Source: Cyanobacteria bacterium P01_A01_bin.123 (GTDB lineage Bacteria; Cyanobacteriota; Cyanobacteriia; Phormidesmidales; Phormidesmidaceae). Taken from it: a DNA stretch of 64,000 nucleotides. The notes under the pieces are model-generated. The model saw nothing but the letters and a program-made list of their open reading frames with translations, did no database searches and was not told the origin of the DNA. Both the position numbers and the translations under genes were made by a program. Shown one piece after another: positions 1 to 10,177 of the stretch. Every line of letters begins with the position of its first letter. Positions within the stretch are counted from its first letter, which is position 1. The stretch lies in NCBI GenBank assembly GCA_039815185.1, contig JBCBZT010000031.1, forward strand, positions 34,094 to 98,093. The letters are read 5' to 3'.

Positions 1-982
1 AGCACTGGCAATGATAGCTATCGGGCTGTTAGCCCTAAGTTTAGGTCGGGGAGATGATTTTAGTCAGGCAATCCCAATATTGGGGAGTTTGGCTTTAGGG
101 GCTAATCGGCTTCTGCCAGCCCTGCAGCAATCATTCTCGGCGTTGGTCAAGATCCAGGGAGCACGCGTTTCTTTGCGGAGAATTCTAAGGGGTTTAAAGC
201 GCTCAGCTGCCCCAATGCAGATGTGGATCCCCAGTGTTGGCTTACCGCTTGAAGATGAACTTCGGTTTGAAAATGTCTGGTTTCGCTATAGTGATGATTC
301 TGATTGGGTATTGCAGGATTTGAATTTGAGCATTGAGCCCCGAACTACTGTCGGATTTGTAGGCAGTACGGGGAGCGGGAAAAGTACGACAGCAGACCTA
401 ATGTTAGGTCTGTTGAAACCTCAAAGAGGAACGATTTGGATTGATGGACAACCCCTGGATGGTAAGCGATTGCGGCAGTGGCAACACGGTATTGCCCATG
501 TGCCCCAGAGCATTTTTCTAGCTGATGCCACAATCTTAGAGAATATTGCCTTTGGAATTCCTAAGGATCAAATTAATTTCGAGCAAGTGTATGAGGTAGC
601 TCGATTAGCAAAAATAGATGAGTTCATTCGGGGACTACCCAATCAGTATGAGACTTTTGTAGGAGAGCGCGGGGTACGGTTATCGGGGGGGCAACGGCAG
701 CGGATTGGGATAGCGCGGGCATTGTATCGGCAAGCATCAGTGATTGTATTTGATGAGGCAACAAGTGCCCTAGACAATGCAACTGAGAAAGAAGTTATGG
801 CTGCAATTAATGGATTAAGTCATCACTTTACGATTATTCTGATTGCTCATCGATTAAGCACGGTCGAAAAATGCGACAAGATTTTTGAACTACATCAAGG
901 GTGCTCAGTTGCTCAGGGTAATTATCACGACTTAATAAAAGAGAGTTCAAGCTTTCGCTTAATGAGTCAAGGTTTAAAGTGA
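1..982 (+). CDS. ABC transporter permease/ATP-binding fusion (HepA/MsbA-like polysaccharide exporter), 5'-truncated by window edge
   Basis: Walker A GSTGSGKS, signature LSGGQRQR, Walker B VIVFDEATSALD, H-loop IAHRLST; the tail of a TM domain precedes them; frame is open upstream of position 11. Confidence 0.9.
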   Translation, partial: ALAMIAIGLLALSLGRGDDFSQAIPILGSLALGANRLLPALQQSFSALVKIQGARVSLRRILRGLKRSAAPMQMWIPSVGLPLEDELRFENVWFRYSDDSDWVLQDLNLSIEPRTTVGFVGSTGSGKSTTADLMLGLLKPQRGTIWIDGQPLDGKRLRQWQHGIAHVPQSIFLADATILENIAFGIPKDQINFEQVYEVARLAKIDEFIRGLPNQYETFVGERGVRLSGGQRQRIGIARALYRQASVIVFDEATSALDNATEKEVMAAINGLSHHFTIILIAHRLSTVEKCDKIFELHQGCSVAQGNYHDLIKESSSFRLMSQGLK

Positions 983-1068
983 ATTTCTCTTGAATGCGTT
1001 TCTCCAATCAAGTCATTCTGGGGAATTAGCTATTAATAAGATTAGGAAGAGGTACCAAATCTTGAAAT

Positions 1069-1935
1069 ATGAAGCTTATTAGCGAAAAGACAAAGCCTCT
1101 GATCAAAAAGAGCCGACGTGTATATAGATTGGCAACGGCGCAGTTTCGTGTCTTACCAGATTTTATAATTGTTGGGGCACAAAAATCTGGTACTACAAGC
1201 TTATTTAAGTATTTATCTCAACACCCAAAAATATTGCATAGTAGCCCCAAAGAAATACTTTATTTTGATGGAGGAACAAATCCTAAAATTGATAATTACG
1301 AAAAGGGGCTTAATTGGTATAGATCTCATTTCCCATTAAGATTTCAGATGAAAGAAGGCTACGTAACAGGTGAGGCATCTCCACTTTACTTATTTAACTC
1401 AAAAGTACCTGGGAGAATCAGTAAAGTGCTGCCTGATGTCAAAATTCTCGTTCTTCTTAGGAACCCTGTCGATAGAGCCATCTCACACTATTTTCATCAA
1501 GTAAGGATAGGGAAAGAAACCTTGCCAATTATGGAAGCCATGACGGCAGAAGCAAGTAGGCTTGAGAAAGCCCTAAAAGCAGGCAATTCTAGAGATGACA
1601 GCTTTATTAGGTATTCGTATAAGACCAGAGGTTATTATAAAGAACAACTCGCAAGGTATTTTAATTATTTCCCAAGGAAACAAATTCTGATCCTAAAAAG
1701 TGAAGATTTATTTGGCAAGGTAACGACCATTTTGGAGCAGGTGTTTTGTTTTTTGGGGCTCGATAAGGACGTGTTAATTAAGGATTTGCAGCCAAGAAAT
1801 ACGCTGAACTGTAATAAGGAACTAATGAAGCAAAGAGAAGAAATAGCTCCAGAGATTTATCGTTTCCTAGAAGAGCACTTCTTACCTTATAATCTTAAGC
1901 TTTATGATTTCTTAGAAGATTTTTGTGGATGGTAA
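1069..1935 (+). CDS. Sulfotransferase (heparan-sulfate 3-O/N-sulfotransferase-like family)
   Basis: 5'-PAPS loop PDFIIVGAQKSGTTSL, GEASPLY, 3'-PB motif LRNPVDRAISHY. Confidence 0.9.
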   Translation: MKLISEKTKPLIKKSRRVYRLATAQFRVLPDFIIVGAQKSGTTSLFKYLSQHPKILHSSPKEILYFDGGTNPKIDNYEKGLNWYRSHFPLRFQMKEGYVTGEASPLYLFNSKVPGRISKVLPDVKILVLLRNPVDRAISHYFHQVRIGKETLPIMEAMTAEASRLEKALKAGNSRDDSFIRYSYKTRGYYKEQLARYFNYFPRKQILILKSEDLFGKVTTILEQVFCFLGLDKDVLIKDLQPRNTLNCNKELMKQREEIAPEIYRFLEEHFLPYNLKLYDFLEDFCGW

Positions 1936-2127
1936 TCACGTGAATAACCTGGTTAAATGCTCCATGCTTCTTTAGACTGTATCTCTAAATGTACAATCAT
2001 AACTAGACTTCCAGACAGCATTTCCTCTGATTTAGCCATAGTCGTTAGTTCAGTAAAGTTTTCATAAATAAGGTGATTGGCTAATATATTGGGAAAATCA
2101 TTAATAAACCCTTACTGAAAAATCCCA

Positions 2128-3069
2128 ATGGTGGGTATTGCCGGAAACAACTATTCTATGGCAATAAAGCCAAATTCAATCCAAAGAGTGTTATATAAGA
2201 TAGATAGAGATGTTTTGAGAATTTTGGGGTTTTGGCCTTATTTTTATTGCCAAAGAACCCTCGGTTTCCCAATAGTGAAGCTTGAGTTTTACAAAAAAGT
2301 TAGATACTGGCCAAATCTTAAAAATCCCAAAAGCTTTAACGAGAAAGTTACTCACAAAAAACTGTATGGTCGAAACCCACTATTGCCAATTATTGCTGAC
2401 AAATATAGAGTTCGTGAATATGTAAGATCCCTAATCGGGGAAGAGTATCTGATTCCGCTACTTCAAGTATTGGAGACTCCAGAGGAAATAAATTTTGAAC
2501 TTTTGCCAGATGAATTTATTATTAAAACCAACTTTTCTTCCGGGCTAAATATTCTAATCGAGAATAAGCATGAGGTAAGGCAGAAAAAAATTAAGGCGCA
2601 ACTCTCACATTGGATGGATATGAAATATGGGTATCGAAATCTTGTTTGGTTTGCTCAAGAAATACCCAGAAAAATATTGATTGAGAGACTTCTTAGAAAT
2701 AGCAATGGGGACATACCCTGCGATTATAAATTTTTTGTCTTTCATGGGGAAGTAGAGTTTATTCAGGTGGACTTCGATAGATTTACTAAACATAGTAGAA
2801 TGCTTTATGACAAAGAATGGAAAAAGTTGAATTTTACAATCAGGAACGACTTGCAAAATACTGAAGGCGTGGCAAAACCGAACAATCTTCAGATAATGTT
2901 GGAAATCGCAAAAGAATTGGCAAAAAACTTTTCCTTCATGCGCGTTGATCTATATAGCTGCTCAAACACCATATTTTTTGGAGAACTAACTCCTTTTCCC
3001 ACATCTGGACGGACAAGATTTCACCCTCCCAACGTTGACTTTGAGATTGGTAAATTATGGAAGCTGTAA
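2128..3069 (+). CDS. TupA-like ATP-grasp amidoligase (start may be ATG at 2158)
   Basis: NPKSFNEK, ADKYRVREYV, FIIKTN, DYKFFVFHG, MRVDLY, FGELTPFP motifs typical of ATPgrasp_TupA proteins in polysaccharide loci. Confidence 0.85.
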   Translation: MVGIAGNNYSMAIKPNSIQRVLYKIDRDVLRILGFWPYFYCQRTLGFPIVKLEFYKKVRYWPNLKNPKSFNEKVTHKKLYGRNPLLPIIADKYRVREYVRSLIGEEYLIPLLQVLETPEEINFELLPDEFIIKTNFSSGLNILIENKHEVRQKKIKAQLSHWMDMKYGYRNLVWFAQEIPRKILIERLLRNSNGDIPCDYKFFVFHGEVEFIQVDFDRFTKHSRMLYDKEWKKLNFTIRNDLQNTEGVAKPNNLQIMLEIAKELAKNFSFMRVDLYSCSNTIFFGELTPFPTSGRTRFHPPNVDFEIGKLWKL

Positions 3070-3126
3070 ATGCTCTTCCAGGGCTGGTTGAGTTATAAAA
3101 AATGTTTTTTAAGCCAGTGAACCTTA

Positions 3127-4059
3127 ATGTCTCTAAAATTGACCAGCGCAATCAGCAACCTTAGAGAAAATAGTTTACTGAATTCTTTTACGACCTGGAA
3201 AATAGGTGGCCCAGCACGCTGGTTGACAGAACCAACAACGCGTGAATTGCCTGATTTAATAGCTCAGGCTTCTCAACAAGAAATACCTGTTTACTTTATA
3301 GGTCGTGGTTCTAATATATTGGTTGACGATGCGGGATTGCCAGGTTTAGTAATTTTGACCCGGAATTCGATGACGGAGCTCCGACGGAAGGGAAATCAAA
3401 TTATTGCAGGAAGTGGTGTATTTTTACCCCATCTATCCAAATTTGCAGCTCGAGAAGGATTTTCTGGGTTTGAGTTTCTAATTGGTATTCCTGGTACGGT
3501 AGGTGGAGCTGTAACAATGAATGCGGGTTTAACAGTTTTCCGGCCTCGCGAAATGGTATCTATCGTTGAAAACTTTGATATTGTGAATCCTGATGGCAGC
3601 ATTGAAACATTGACGATGGATGACGTTCGTGCGGGCTATCGCAAGACCAATCTATTAGATGGAAGGAGATTTGTTTTACAAGTCCGCTTCCGCTTAGAGC
3701 ATAAGGGAGAGCCAGAAAAAATCCGTCGCGATACACTCAGTCACCTTTCAGAACGTAAACGCAAGCAGCCTTTAGATAAGCCTACTGCTGGTAGCACATT
3801 TAAGTCACCACTCGGTAGTAAAGGGGCAGGTTGGTATATAGAACAAGCTGGCCTCAAAGGGTTCAAAATTGGCGGGGCGCGAGTGAGTCCAGTACATGCC
3901 AACTGGATTGAAAACTTAGGTGAGGCAACGGCGGCAGATGTGCGGAAATTAATAGTGCATATTCAGAGTATAGTTGAGGTTCGCTGTGAGATAAAGCTTG
4001 AGCCTGAAGTGATTTTTTTGAGTAATAACAGGTCACTCCATGATACAGACTTTAGTTAA
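3127..4059 (+). CDS. murB: UDP-N-acetylenolpyruvylglucosamine reductase (MurB) paralog
   Basis: TTWKIGGPA, GRGSNILV, IPGTVGGAVTMNAG, QP..PTAGSTFK, HANW, LEPEV. Confidence 0.9.
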   Translation: MSLKLTSAISNLRENSLLNSFTTWKIGGPARWLTEPTTRELPDLIAQASQQEIPVYFIGRGSNILVDDAGLPGLVILTRNSMTELRRKGNQIIAGSGVFLPHLSKFAAREGFSGFEFLIGIPGTVGGAVTMNAGLTVFRPREMVSIVENFDIVNPDGSIETLTMDDVRAGYRKTNLLDGRRFVLQVRFRLEHKGEPEKIRRDTLSHLSERKRKQPLDKPTAGSTFKSPLGSKGAGWYIEQAGLKGFKIGGARVSPVHANWIENLGEATAADVRKLIVHIQSIVEVRCEIKLEPEVIFLSNNRSLHDTDFS

Positions 4060-5356
4060 TACAGCAGGAACGGAATCTTTGAGAATGGAGGTTCGTGGGC
4101 CGCAGATACCTTCAGGCGTAGTACAAGTAAGTGGGGCAAAGAACGCGGCTACTCGTTTGATGGCTGCAGCTATGCTCACAGATGAACCTGTTGTTCTACT
4201 CAATTTTCCAACTGAGCTAGTTGACGCGCGCTACAAAGCTAAGTTTATTGAGGCTATGGCTGGCAAAGTGAACTTTGATGCCGCTTCATCAATCGCTTTT
4301 TTGGATTGTTCCAAATTACTTCCTACAGAGTTAGAAGACTATAGCTTTCCCATTCGAACAACCTATCTTCTAGCTGCAGGCCAGCTATATAGGCGTGGTG
4401 TAGCATTTGTTCCTTACCCTGGAGGGTGTAAGCTTGGAGACCGGAAATATGATTTACATCTTATGGTATGGAAATCTCTTGGCTGCCATGTAGAAGAAAA
4501 ATCTAATCATATTAAAGTCTCAGGTCTGCTAAGAGGGGGAGAGATCCATTTTCCTATATCCACTGTAGGAGGCACAGAGAATGCTTTATTGTGTGCTTCT
4601 GTGTCCAAAGGGAAATCTAGAATTTATAACGCATATATTACCCCTGAAATTGAGAATTTGATTGGATTGCTGACTCTGATGGGAGCTAAGATCTGCGTTC
4701 AAGGAATCAGCCAAATTGAGGTGGAAGGAGTCGATTATCTGAGGGGAGCGACGATTCCTGTCATTCCAGATCGCATTGAAGCATTGACCTGGTTAGTTTT
4801 TGCAGCCATATCTGGAGGCGATATTTTAGTTGAAAATGTCCCTTTCGATATCATGAAGATTCCGCTGCTCCACCTTAGACAAATTGGGTTAGATTTTTTC
4901 TCTAATTCAACATCCATTTGGGTATCAAGTAAAGCAAAAGCTCTACCAGATCTCCAACCTTTTGAAGTTGCTTGCGGCACCTACCCTGGAATCATTTCAG
5001 ATATGCAGCCACTTTTTGTGTTGCTTGCACTTCACGCTAGAGGCCGAAGTACAGTCATTGATTATCGTTATCCAAACCGTACTGCTTACCTAAAAGAGCT
5101 ATCTAAGTTCTATCCTGGCTGCATTAAATGGGAACCTGGAAAAATTGTTGTTGAAGGCCCGAATAGTCCGATAGGTGCTACTGCTAACTCAACCGATTTA
5201 CGTGGAAGCATAGCATTAGTTTTGGCAGGAGTATTAGCGAATGGTGAAAGTCAAATAAAGAGGATTGAGATGGCATTGAGAGGATACAATTATCTAGCTG
5301 AGAAATTCTCAGCTATGAGAATAGATATTTCCATTTCTCAGCTTCTGAAAAAATAG
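4040..5356 (+). CDS. murA: Enolpyruvyl transferase, divergent MurA paralog
   Basis: SGAKNA (catalytic Lys), PGGCKLGDRKYDLH (Cys loop), VGGTEN, PDRIEA, YPGIISDMQP, TDLRG; overlaps the murB 3' end by 20 nt. Confidence 0.88.
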   Translation: MIQTLVNTAGTESLRMEVRGPQIPSGVVQVSGAKNAATRLMAAAMLTDEPVVLLNFPTELVDARYKAKFIEAMAGKVNFDAASSIAFLDCSKLLPTELEDYSFPIRTTYLLAAGQLYRRGVAFVPYPGGCKLGDRKYDLHLMVWKSLGCHVEEKSNHIKVSGLLRGGEIHFPISTVGGTENALLCASVSKGKSRIYNAYITPEIENLIGLLTLMGAKICVQGISQIEVEGVDYLRGATIPVIPDRIEALTWLVFAAISGGDILVENVPFDIMKIPLLHLRQIGLDFFSNSTSIWVSSKAKALPDLQPFEVACGTYPGIISDMQPLFVLLALHARGRSTVIDYRYPNRTAYLKELSKFYPGCIKWEPGKIVVEGPNSPIGATANSTDLRGSIALVLAGVLANGESQIKRIEMALRGYNYLAEKFSAMRIDISISQLLKK

Positions 5357-5393
5357 ACTAACTGATTTATGATTCACCTTAGAGGAGCTAGTT

Positions 5394-6443
5394 GTGAGCA
5401 AGCTATTAACTGTAGTTACATCTACATACAATAAAGGCGATCGCAACCGAGCATCAATACAGAGCATTCTTGATCAAACATATCGAGATTTTGATTACAT
5501 TGTTGTTAATGACGGTTCTTCTGATCATACAAAAGCCGTCTTAAACGAGTTTAGAGATCCGAGATTAAAAATAATCCATCAAGAGAACAAGAGTTTTGTT
5601 AAAACTATGTGTTCAGTCATGAGCCAGATAAACACACCTTATGTGGCTATCCAAGGTGCTGGTGATATCTCTTTACCAAAACGCTTTGAGATTCAATTGA
5701 AATATCTTGCTAAGCGCAAAGATTTAGGGGCTGTCGGTTGTAACTTCAGCTATATTGACGAAGTCGGCAAAATCATTAAATTCCCTGAATCTGAATATAT
5801 AGAGTATACTTCAGTTGAACAAATGATTGATAGAAATATCTTTAACCATGGTGAAGTCATGCTTCGCTTAGAGAGTTATCAAAGCGTTGGTGGCTATAGA
5901 TCATTCTTTGTTTATTCTCAAGATCGTGATTTGTGGCTAAGACTACTTGAAATTTGTAAAATAGCCCGTTTGCCAGAACATCTTTATTCTAAAGTTATTA
6001 GTATCGGCAAAGATATTTCAGGCAACCCTTCAAAGGTCGAGAAGCAAGCCCTTTATAGTTTATTTAATAGATACTTAGCAAAAAGAAGACTTGACAATAT
6101 ACCTGATCCTCAGACAGGTGTCGAAATGGAAGCTCTATTCGAGAGTTATGTTCGGCAACTTCCAGAGCATAAAAAGCTAGAAGTCGCCAATGAAATTTTC
6201 AGATCGGGCGTGAGGTTCTCTTTAGAGAATTTAGACAAAAAATTTAATCCCGAAGCCGCAGTTGAAATCATCAAGAAATATAATCCTGAACATCCTTGGG
6301 TAAAAAGGGTTCTGCTTGCGCAAAAGTTCGATCAGTATATCATTGGTGGCAAACCAATTTACAGCTTAATGTCAAGCGCCGAGTCTGTTTTAAGACGGCT
6401 AAAAAGACGCCTTAATTATAAGCTCAAGGCTTTCAAAATATAA
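5394..6443 (+). CDS. Glycosyltransferase family 2
   Basis: N-terminal TYN...SILDQTYRDFDYIVVNDGSSD; QDRDLWLR. Confidence 0.9.
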   Translation: MSKLLTVVTSTYNKGDRNRASIQSILDQTYRDFDYIVVNDGSSDHTKAVLNEFRDPRLKIIHQENKSFVKTMCSVMSQINTPYVAIQGAGDISLPKRFEIQLKYLAKRKDLGAVGCNFSYIDEVGKIIKFPESEYIEYTSVEQMIDRNIFNHGEVMLRLESYQSVGGYRSFFVYSQDRDLWLRLLEICKIARLPEHLYSKVISIGKDISGNPSKVEKQALYSLFNRYLAKRRLDNIPDPQTGVEMEALFESYVRQLPEHKKLEVANEIFRSGVRFSLENLDKKFNPEAAVEIIKKYNPEHPWVKRVLLAQKFDQYIIGGKPIYSLMSSAESVLRRLKRRLNYKLKAFKI

Positions 6444-6540
6444 ACGAGTTTTTATGAAGTAAGCTTTGATCTGAGCTTTGTAATTTTAATAAACATGACA
6501 TAACTCATCTTGCAAAACATTTCTTGAATTCAAAGAGGGT

Positions 6541-7710
6541 ATGAAACTAGCTTATATTGCTCAATCGACTGTCCCGTCACGTTCTGCAGACAGTATTCAT
6601 GTGATGAAGATGTGTCAGGCGTTTCATGGTAATGGCCATGATGTTCATCTCCTTTTACCCAACAAATATTGCGATCGCGAGATAGAGGTCAAGAACTCTT
6701 TTGATTATTATAATGTTGAGCCATGCTTCACTATTTCTTATTTCCCATGGCTTGCTATAAAGGGGCGGGCTTATTTTTATGGGTGGTCTGTAGCAAGACG
6801 AGCTAAAAATCTCAAGCCTGATCTAGTGTATGGGCGAGATATTATTGGCTGTTATTTTGCTTCTACGAATAGACTACCAGTTATCTTTGAATCACATACG
6901 CCTATTGCCCAGTCAGGAAAAATAGCTACCTGGTTATTCAATCATCTAATAAAGCAGCCAACTTTCCAGTATTTAGTTGTGATTACACAATCTCTAAAGC
7001 AGTGGTACCTAGATCACTATAATGTTTTGCAGGGAAAAATAGTAGTTGCTGCTGATGGTGCAGATCTACCTGAGGGTGCTTTAGAAGATCATTTATCCCC
7101 GTTGCCAAATCAAAAACAAAGCCGGTTTCGAGTTGCCTATATTGGTCATTTATATCCAGGGAAGGGGATGGAAGTTATTTCAAAGCTAGTGATGCTTTGC
7201 CCCGACATCGAGTTTCACATAGTTGGCGATCCTGAGAAAGATGTTGCTTATTGGAGTCATTATCTCCGTAAGCATGAAAATGTTATCTTCCACGGATACC
7301 GCCCACATTCAGCAATACATAATATTATGAGGCAAATGGATATTCTTATATCCCCAAATCTTAAGCGGATTGAATTGCCAGGCAAAAATGCTCACGATAT
7401 AGGCAGATGGACATCACCGTTAAAAATATTTGAATATATGGCGGCTCGTAAACCTATTGTGGCATCTGATGTAGAAGTCTTGCGTGAGGTTCTTGAAAAC
7501 GAGAGGAATGCTTTGCTATGTAATCCTGATGATTTGGAAGCGTGGAAAATAGCGCTATACCGACTTAAATCTAGCTCATCTCTATCGCGGAAACTATCTC
7601 AAAATGCATATAAAGATTTGAGTTCTAAGTATACTTGGAAGGTTAGAGGACGACGAGTTTTGAGTCAACAAAATTTGGTGGATTCTTGTCTATCTAGGAG
7701 CACTCATTAA
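6541..7710 (+). CDS. Glycosyltransferase family 4
   Basis: YIGHLYPGKG; SPLKIFEYMAARKPIVASD. Confidence 0.9.
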   Translation: MKLAYIAQSTVPSRSADSIHVMKMCQAFHGNGHDVHLLLPNKYCDREIEVKNSFDYYNVEPCFTISYFPWLAIKGRAYFYGWSVARRAKNLKPDLVYGRDIIGCYFASTNRLPVIFESHTPIAQSGKIATWLFNHLIKQPTFQYLVVITQSLKQWYLDHYNVLQGKIVVAADGADLPEGALEDHLSPLPNQKQSRFRVAYIGHLYPGKGMEVISKLVMLCPDIEFHIVGDPEKDVAYWSHYLRKHENVIFHGYRPHSAIHNIMRQMDILISPNLKRIELPGKNAHDIGRWTSPLKIFEYMAARKPIVASDVEVLREVLENERNALLCNPDDLEAWKIALYRLKSSSSLSRKLSQNAYKDLSSKYTWKVRGRRVLSQQNLVDSCLSRSTH

Positions 7711-7718
7711 GTATCGAC

Positions 7719-8900
7719 ATGCCGGATTTTGATTTTTCACCCTATGGATTAACGGGAAACTTATTAGGTATAGCGTTTTGTACGGCCGCCGTAAGTTATT
7801 TAGTGGCATTGTTATACCTTGAACCTCTAAAAGCTATTATGGTAGTGCTCTTTAAATTTTCTCTTCCAGTAATTTACTTTGCTTTCTTCTTTAATGGAAG
7901 CTGGACTTTCGTAGATGACTTTGAATACTTAAGACTGGGTCGTGAGCTCATCAGTCAGGGGTATGAGCCTTTAACCGCCTTGATTTCCTCGGAAGGGCGA
8001 GAAACGCTACGAAGTTTAGCAGGTGGGACACATATTCTTTATATTTGGTGGAATTCTTTAGCTGAAAATCTGTTTGGTTCTTATTATTACTCACCTGTTT
8101 TCTTAAATATATTTCTGACTTTTATTTGTGGTTTTGTGTTTTCAGAAATTCTTAAATTGCTAGATTTTATTTGTAAGTATAGACGCCAATTTCTAGTATT
8201 TTTCTTACTTCAATGGGACATATTAGCATGGTCATCTATCATAAATCAAAAAGATATTATGGTGATGACACTAACTATGTCAGCCTTGTTCTTCGCGCTT
8301 AGAATGGTTAAGAAAAAGAGTTTTGTAGACCTTTGCTGCTTATTGCTTATCTGCTATATCTCTTTATGGTTGAGACGTTATGTTCCAATACTTCTCTTCA
8401 TATCAATTTTGATTTGGCTAACACTCATAACAAAAGGGAGAAATAGAATACTTTTGATTTCTAGTCTTGCTATTATTGCTGCTATCTTTTATTCGAGTTT
8501 TTCATCTTCATTTGGCTTTTTGTCATCAGTCGGATTCTCAGGAATTGTAAGAGCCCCCTTTAATATATTCAGGATGTCAGTTACTCCACAGCCCTGGTCA
8601 ATTGTTGATCATAAACTATTTCTTTTGCCTGTTTCTATCTTTCATTGTGTTTTCTATGTTCCTATGATCATTGGATTGATAGGTCTTTGGAAAACCTCAA
8701 AAGAGATTTCTTTGATAATTATTTACCTGGCAGTTGGGTTGATCGCGTTTGGTGCTAGTGATTTAGACTTATTGCAAGGTCCTCGCCATCGAATTCAGTT
8801 TACCTTTGCGATTGCGATCGCACAATTCCACTTTCTTTGGATACTTAACAGCTATTTATTTAAGAAAAGATTGGCAAAAAGTCGATTTTTCTATACTTAG
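7719..8900 (+). CDS. Polytopic membrane protein, probable Wzy-like polymerase or GT-C-fold enzyme
   Basis: About 10 hydrophobic segments, DD motif after the N-terminal TMs, C-terminal PRHR; lies among glycosyltransferases. Confidence 0.55.
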   Translation: MPDFDFSPYGLTGNLLGIAFCTAAVSYLVALLYLEPLKAIMVVLFKFSLPVIYFAFFFNGSWTFVDDFEYLRLGRELISQGYEPLTALISSEGRETLRSLAGGTHILYIWWNSLAENLFGSYYYSPVFLNIFLTFICGFVFSEILKLLDFICKYRRQFLVFFLLQWDILAWSSIINQKDIMVMTLTMSALFFALRMVKKKSFVDLCCLLLICYISLWLRRYVPILLFISILIWLTLITKGRNRILLISSLAIIAAIFYSSFSSSFGFLSSVGFSGIVRAPFNIFRMSVTPQPWSIVDHKLFLLPVSIFHCVFYVPMIIGLIGLWKTSKEISLIIIYLAVGLIAFGASDLDLLQGPRHRIQFTFAIAIAQFHFLWILNSYLFKKRLAKSRFFYT

Positions 8901-9026
8901 AATCAGAAATCAAGCACTTTTTGGGTAGATGCTTTAATGAATTTCTTGGAATGCATGTACCATGCTTTAGCACGGAACAATAACCAGGCTTTATCTACTG
9001 ATATGTCATTATATTGTTGAGCAGCT

Positions 9027-10148
9027 ATGGAGCCTTATAGAGTGGCAATCTTTTTACCTTCCCTGAGAGGCGGTGGGGCAGAAAAGGTTATGCTCAAACT
9101 CGCAAGTGAATTTATAAGCCTTGGCCTAAGCGTTGATTTGATTTTGGCTCAGAAAGAGGGATCCTACCTATCAGACCTGCCGGATAAGATCCGTGTTGTC
9201 AGTTTAAATTCTTCCCGCGTTTTATTTACGCTCAGCAAGTTAGTTAAGTACCTGAAATCTGAAAAACCATATACGCTAATAGCTGCACTTAATCATGTCA
9301 ATGTGGTTGCAATCTTAGCAAAACTTCTTTCGGGTGCTTCCACACATATTATTGTCACTGTACATAATTCTCTCTCAGCCACTTCTAGTAATGCGATTCG
9401 GTTAAACGCTCGCGTGTTACCTTGGATTATCCATTTTTTGTATCCATTTGCTGACCATATTGTTGCGGTATCTTCAGGAGTGGCAGATGATCTTGCCAGC
9501 GTAACCAAGCTAAATCATAGTCAAATTCGGGTTATTTACAATCCGGTTGTTACTGATACTTTATTTGCGAAGATAGACGAACCTGTTGAGCATTCATGGT
9601 TTGGCAATGGATTTCCTCCAGTAATATTAGCAGTTGGCAGACTCACCAGACAGAAGGACTTTGAATGCCTAATAAAGGCGTTTGATATTGCTCGTAGAGA
9701 ACATGATCTCCGACTATTGATTTTGGGAGAAGGAGAAGATCGGGAGAAACTAGAATCTCTAGCTAAAGATTTGGGACTACAACATTTCGTCGATATGCCA
9801 GGCTTTGTCAATAATCCATATGCCTACATGTCTAGATCAGCTATGTTTGTTTTGTCTTCTGCATGGGAAGGGCTTCCAACGGTTTTGATTGAAGCGATGG
9901 CAACGGGTACGCCTGTGGTTTCGACGGATTGCGTAAGTGGGCCAAGGGAGATCTTAGAAAATGGCAAGTATGGCCCTTTAGTTGAGGTTGGAAATGCTAG
10001 CGATCTTGCAGAAGCTATAAAAGGTATCTTGAAATCACCGACATCCTCTATAAATCTCAAACAAAGAGCAATGGATTTTTCTGCCCAGCAGAGCCTATCT
10101 GGCTATTTAAGCTTACTTCAGGCAGATACGTCTAATCTAGAAGTTTAA
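9027..10148 (+). CDS. Glycosyltransferase family 4
   Basis: GGGAEKV, VGRLTRQKDF, SSAWEGLPTVLIEAMA. Confidence 0.92.
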   Translation: MEPYRVAIFLPSLRGGGAEKVMLKLASEFISLGLSVDLILAQKEGSYLSDLPDKIRVVSLNSSRVLFTLSKLVKYLKSEKPYTLIAALNHVNVVAILAKLLSGASTHIIVTVHNSLSATSSNAIRLNARVLPWIIHFLYPFADHIVAVSSGVADDLASVTKLNHSQIRVIYNPVVTDTLFAKIDEPVEHSWFGNGFPPVILAVGRLTRQKDFECLIKAFDIARREHDLRLLILGEGEDREKLESLAKDLGLQHFVDMPGFVNNPYAYMSRSAMFVLSSAWEGLPTVLIEAMATGTPVVSTDCVSGPREILENGKYGPLVEVGNASDLAEAIKGILKSPTSSINLKQRAMDFSAQQSLSGYLSLLQADTSNLEV

Positions 10149-10177
10149 AGCAGCTAGATTCATAAATTATTGTTGAC

